NCBI RefSeq assembly: GCF_009914755.1
Contig: NC_060943.1
Length of the DNA: 64,000 nt
Origin: the human T2T-CHM13v2.0 reference genome, Homo sapiens
Strand: one strand, 5' to 3'
Part shown: one piece after another, positions 54,309-64,000 of the stretch
Numbering within the stretch: position 1 is the first letter of the stretch
How the letters are laid out: every line of letters starts with the position of its first letter
Position numbers and translations under genes: made by a program
Notes under the pieces: generated by a model
Databases searched by the model: none
What the model was told of the DNA's origin: nothing
Seen by the model: only the letters and a program-made list of their open reading frames with translations

Positions 54309-54667
54309 GGTGCATGTGCTCAGGGTCCTGACAAGGACAGACCCTCCCTCTCTCTCTGTCTCCAGATCAGTTCCACATCAGGGTTTCTCCTCTTGACTCT
54401 TGAGCCAAAATTGGGAGCCTTGAAAGATGGCGAGTTTGGTGGGAGGAGGAGAAATCAGAACCCATGGTGTAGTTTTGGATGGTGTGGGAGGACAGCCCTG
54501 CACCCTTTGTCATCCAAGACACCAAATGAGAAACTTCCCCTTGGAACTGGGGCCAGATGTTAGGAACGGGCCACATCTCCCCTTACAAAGTGTGACCGGG
54601 GCCCTCGGCAGAGTAGGGGAGGCTTGGTGTGGTAGGAGGAGTGACAGTGTGGTTCGGACTGTTTCAG

Positions 54668-55740
54668 GATGGGATCCAGGAGCCGAGCCCACAGAGGCAA
54701 GCTGCAAGCAGAGTGACCTGGGAGAGTCAGAGCCATCAAATGTCACTGAGACCCTCATGGGAGGTGTTTCCCTTGGACCCGCCTTTGTCAAGGCATGTGA
54801 ACCTGAGGGCAGCTCAGAGAGGTCTGGACTATCAGGGGAGATCTGGACAAAGTCTGTCACCCAACAGATCCACTTCAAGAAAACTTCAGGGCCTTACAAG
54901 GATGTCCCCACAGACCAGCGTGGCCGTGAATCTGGTGCCTCGAGGAACAGTTCTAGTGCGTGGCCAAACCTCACCTCCCAAGAGAAGCCTCCTTCAGAAG
55001 ACAAATTTGATCTGGTGGATGCTTATGGGACAGAGCCTCCATACACCTACTCAGGGAAGAGGTCCTCCAAGTGTCGCGAGTGTAGGAAGATGTTCCAGAG
55101 TGCTTCGGCGCTCGAGGCACACCAGAAGACCCATTCTCGGAAGACCCCATATGCCTGCAGCGAGTGTGGGAAAGCCTTCAGCCGGAGCACTCACCTCGCC
55201 CAGCACCAGGTTGTCCACACAGGGGCGAAGCCCCATGAGTGTAAGGAATGTGGGAAGGCCTTCAGCCGAGTCACCCACCTGACTCAGCACCAAAGGATTC
55301 ATACTGGAGAGAAACCCTACAAATGTGGGGAATGTGGTAAAACCTTCAGCCGCAGCACTCACCTCACCCAGCACCAGCGGGTGCACACGGGGGAGCGGCC
55401 CTACGAGTGTGACGCGTGTGGGAAAGCCTTCAGCCAGAGCACGCACCTGACTCAACACCAGCGCATCCACACCGGGGAGAAGCCCTACAAGTGTGACGCG
55501 TGTGGCCGAGCCTTCAGCGACTGCTCAGCCCTGATCCGACATCTGAGAATCCACTCTGGAGAGAAGCCATATCAGTGTAAGGTTTGTCCGAAGGCCTTTG
55601 CACAGAGCTCCTCCCTCATTGAGCACCAGAGGATCCACACGGGAGAGAAGCCTTATAAGTGCAGCGACTGTGGGAAGGCCTTCAGTCGTAGCTCAGCCCT
55701 GATGGTTCACTTGCGGATCCACATCACGGTGCTGCAATGA
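54668..55740 (+). CDS. ZSCAN22: ZSCAN22 terminal coding exon, 8 C2H2 fingers
   Basis: Acceptor gtttcag|; 403+1073 nt = 491 aa plus stop, in frame. Confidence 0.96.
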
Positions 55741-56742
55741 CCGGAAGTCGCCCCTGGGGGCGTAGCACAGCGTCTTCTCGGAGGCTCGAGGTCTAAGAGA
55801 AACGCTGAGTTCCTGAAGAGCCACAGACAGGGTGGGTGATTGATGAGTTGTCAAAATGATAGGTGCCTGAGGGCAGACTCGGGCTGTCTAGGAACCACTC
55901 TGCATTTGAGGAACCCTGATGAGCACAAGGTGATTCAGGCCAGCTGGAGAAGCTTCCAGAAGGGCCCTGCACTGCTACCCTCTATTTCCCACTCAGGGCT
56001 GTCCCAGAGAGAAGGCAGCCGAACTGAGGATTTAGACTGGTTCTGAGGGCCAGGGCAAATGAAGGCGCATGTCTCTCAGAACTCAGCGTCCCAAGACGCT
56101 CTGGGCGGGCCAACTGTAGCTTGTTCTCATGTGGTTCTTCTTGCCTGCTTTTCTGCTGCTTAGCCCAGAACGGACACCTGCCATGCCCACCTCTGTGCCT
56201 TGGCACCTACTATTTCCACTCCAGACTATTTTGTGCCTAACTGCAAGGCTGACTTTTGAGACTGCCTCTTCCACGATGCCTTTTCTACACTCTGCCTCTC
56301 TCATGGTTTCCTGTCGTAATCAGTGGTGCTGCTTGACACCTGCCCAGCATGTTCCTGTCTCTCCTTTTCCTTCCACATCCCACCAGTCACCAGCGCTATT
56401 GTTTTAACCTAAAGCTTATCTGTAATTCACCTCCTTTTCCACCACTGCTACCTTATGTGAGCCCTCATTGCCTCTTGCCTGGATTATAGCCGGGGTCTCC
56501 TTCCTGACCACTTCCTGCCTTTATTCTCTGCCCCTGTATCACTCTCCAGGGGACTCTTGATATTACTTAGATCTGACTGTGTCACTCCAAGGTGGAAAGC
56601 TCTCCAACCCATCTTCTACAGCACAGCTTCCTGAACAGGGTATAAGTATGCTGAGATGCAGGCTGCTCTGGGCCCCGAGCAACCTCTCCAGTTATCCTCA
56701 TATGCATGTATGAATACTGTCATTTTTCTGTGCGTGCAGTGA

Positions 56743-57135
<393 letters not shown>

Positions 57136-58722
57136 TGATCCACCCGCCTCGGCCTCCCAAAGTGCTGGGATTACAGGCGTGAGCCACCGCACCTGGCCCT
57201 CCTTTTTCATCTAAGGTGTTTCAAATGTTGCCCAAAGAAACCTCCCTGCTCTCCGGGAGCAGACTTCAGCTTGCCCTCTCTGCTTCCAGAGCACCTCCTA
57301 GATACCTCTCTTACAACTCCTGCCACCTTGTTTTACTTATTTGCTCCTTGTAGAGCTGCCTTTTCCAAGGATACCATAAACTCCTGAGAGCAGGGGCCAT
57401 GTCTTACTCTCAGTATCTACAACACACAAGACTCAGTAGGCCCTGACTGATGTCTCTTACATGAATGTGACTGGTGCCCCCAGGAGGCAGTCACCGTGCT
57501 GTCTCTGCCCCACATTGTCCTTATGTATGTTTACATGGATGTCTCCCCAGCAGCTTGAACCCTGGAGAGCAAGAATAATCTGATTTTCCTGGGGGCCAGC
57601 ACCCAAATAAGCCTGGCATGCAGTGGCCTCAATAAAATGTGACTGTATTGAGTCATTTTCTAGGGCCCCAGATCCCCTGGTGTCATGGACTTAGTCTTTG
57701 CCAGCATTCTGTCCATGTGTTCTCTGGTCTTCTCTCACAATGCTGCATCCCTGTCCCATTTTTAGGGTCCCTGTCTATCACTGGATGCTGCAGCTTCTGT
57801 TCATTACTGTTAGTGTATCATTCTTCATGCCTCTGTTTCTGTGATGGTCTCATCATATGTGAACCATTTGACCTGGCGTATTGTGTACTAGTCACCGTCA
57901 CCATCTCTCCATATGTATCTCCCTGTATTTCGGGCCCATTCCCTCTATGTCAAGAGTAAATAGAGGCACAGAGACTGATGAGAAACGTTCATAACATGAA
58001 GGTAAGACTCAGGGAGACAGAGACTTTGTGGAAGTATCTCTGAGGGAGTCCCAGACACAGGCAGAGAGGGCCACATATCGTGTGCCAGAGGCTGAGAGAC
58101 TGAGAGGGATGACAGGCTTAGGGGAAAACTCAGAGAGGAGAGATGCACATTCCTAGTGAAATTGCACAGGCTTCCAGCATGCTGGAGGGAACAGAAAAGG
58201 CATGGGCCTGAATTCAGGCTGCAGAGCCTGACTCCTCCCTGTGGCTACTTTTGGGACCTAAGATAAGTGACTTTCCTGAACCTCCATGACCTCCTCATAT
58301 GTAAACCAGGGACAGGACCCACCTTGTGTAGTGCCTGACCCAAAGCCTGGCCCTGCACACTGTCTCTGACTCACAGCAATCATCAGCACCTCTCTTTGCC
58401 TCCTACTTGCTCAGTCTCTGTCACAAGAACTGGATCTCCATCCCCTTGATGCTCTGAGCATCTTCACCCATTTGGTCGTTGAGACATATCTGTCCATGTC
58501 TGTCTAAAAGGGGAGGAGATGAGGGAGAAAAAAGGGAATCTACTCAGAGCCTGTGTGTGCTGCCCAGTCTACCAAATAATTTATATACATCTCAGTCCTC
58601 ACACAACCATCCCTGTTTTATAGAGGAGGAAGTGGCTTAGAGAATGTAACTGACCAAAGTCACACTGCCAGGAACTGGAAGCACTAGGATTTGACAGCAT
58701 ATCCAAATATGTCAGCAATTTC

Positions 58723-58728
58723 AATAAA
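58723..58728 (+). terminator. ZSCAN22: Candidate distal poly(A) signal of ZSCAN22
   Basis: AATAAA ~3 kb after the stop; another AATAAA lies at 57631. Confidence 0.55.
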
Positions 58729-59129
58729 CATGACTGTACTCAACAAACCAAGTGTAAAGACAAATTCTAACAGACTGAATTTCTTTTTGGACCAGCCATA
58801 TGTTCTTTAGAAAAGATACACCTAAAACAAGGATATGGGAAGTTGAGGGCAAAGGGATAGAAAAGGATATACAAGGTAGGCATGAAACTGAAGAAAGCTG
58901 ATGGAGCTGCATTAGTCGCGCAAAACAGACATTAAGGTATAAAAGCATTTTAAGAATCATGGGGTCACTATGTTTTTATAAAAGAAACAATCTATTAGGA
59001 AGATGTAATAGTTCAAAACCAGGCACATAATATGAGTCTTGTAGAACAGAATCACAGTGAGAAACTGACGAAACCTTAAGTGTACTTGGAAGTGCTAACA
59101 CGTTCTTTATGATAGAAAACATTTGAAGA

Positions 59130-63145
<4,016 letters not shown>

Positions 63146-63293
63146 AAAGAAAAGAAAACTGTGCTCTTAAGAGCCAGTTCTCCACTCCTCTACCTCAGGA
63201 GCCACCCCAGAACCCATCCACTTTGAGGACACGAGATCCCAGCCCACTCAGCCCTGGGAGTCCAAAGACATTTTAAACAGAGCTCTCTTCACA

Positions 63294-63299
63294 TTTATT
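63294..63299 (-). terminator. A1BG: A1BG poly(A) signal
   Basis: tttatt (AATAAA on the minus strand) ~140 nt after the stop. Confidence 0.75.
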
Positions 63300-63437
63300 A
63301 ATTCCTGGGAGGAATGAGGGAGGCTTCTCCAGCCCCCCAGAGACCCCGGCCTTGTGCTGCAACAGGAGGGGAGGGAGCCAGTCCAGAATCCCCGGCACTT
63401 CTGAGGACACCAACAGCACCCTGGGCCCGCGGCTGCA

Positions 63438-63445
63438 TCAGCTTT
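63438..63445 (-). CDS. A1BG: A1BG last exon, coding part (E-S-stop)
   Basis: Minus strand tctag|AAAGCTGA completes ...VELLVAES. Confidence 0.88.
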
Positions 63446-63767
63446 CTAGACAACGGGAGAAAAGAGAAATGGTGGAGGAGGGGAAATCCTATGCCCTCCT
63501 CCTCGCGGAAATCAAGGCCGACCTCCCTGACGCCCCCCCGGAAGGAAGCGCGTGGTCGGCTGCCAGCCGAGACCCCCATCTGCGCCTCCAGCTGCAGGGC
63601 CTTTGCTGGGCGGTTCCTCGCCCGCAATTCCCCCACGAGCCCTGGGGAGACCCAGCGCTAACCAGGGTGCCCAAGGGAGGAGCCGGGAGAGGCCCTCCTG
63701 GAGGTGGGCACAGCCCAGGCAAACGTCAGCAGACGGAACCAGCACCCGGGACCCAGGGAAACGTCAC

Positions 63768-64000
63768 CTGCCACCAGGAGCTCCACAGGGTCGCTGAGCT
63801 CCGATTCGAAGGTGTGGGGCACCCAGGAGCGGTAGCGGCACCTGTAGTTGCCGGCGTGCTGGGGCCCCACGAAGATCAGCTCGAGGTTCGCCGCGGCCCC
63901 GGGGGTGCGGACCGTCTTCACGGCCTTCGTCTCGCCCTCGCGCAGCAGCTCGAAGGTGACGTCGGGGATGGGTCCCTCGCAGCGCAGGACGGCATCTCGG
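63768..64000 (-). CDS. A1BG: A1BG (alpha-1-B glycoprotein) last Ig-like domain exon, partial
   Basis: RDAVLRCEGPIPDVTFELLREGETKAVKTV...HAGNYRCRYRSW...SELSDPVELLVA; donor gcag|gtgacg. Confidence 0.95.

Noticed and set aside
53670-54396. Regular array resembling CRISPR, with 194-aa and 237-aa repeat ORFs
   Set aside because: Units are head-to-tail with no unique spacers and there are no cas genes; the ORFs follow from a unit length divisible by three

Overview
Human genomic DNA, recognisable as the 19q13.43 zinc-finger cluster. On the + strand, in order: ZNF8 (KRAB-A, KRAB-B and zinc-finger exons; exon 1 is upstream of the window) with an Alu-rich 3' region; a CpG-rich ZNF143/ETS-type promoter with a non-coding first exon; a full-length defective HERV-K(HML-6) provirus (ERVK3-1 locus, 22086-31682) carrying a nested solo LTR13 and two Alus, with an intact spliced 109-aa Rec-like ORF; a decayed ~15-finger C2H2 exon preceded by a ~285-bp inverted duplication; and ZSCAN22 (491 aa, SCAN + 8 fingers) with the mirtron MIR6806 and an 8x78-bp VNTR. 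The 3' end of A1BG lies on the - strand. The genes themselves are known. The most interesting signal is architectural and is inference: the provirus appears to have acted as a natural gene trap. It sits in intron 1 of a now-dead ZSCAN22-like gene and could use that gene's promoter. Its 5' LTR reads AACAAA where the 3' LTR reads AATAAA, and it keeps the rec-like ORF open while the host finger exon has decayed. No CRISPR, tRNA or rRNA was found. Most ORFs in the track are Alu or low-complexity artefacts. Gene and repeat names come from recognition and were not checked by database search.
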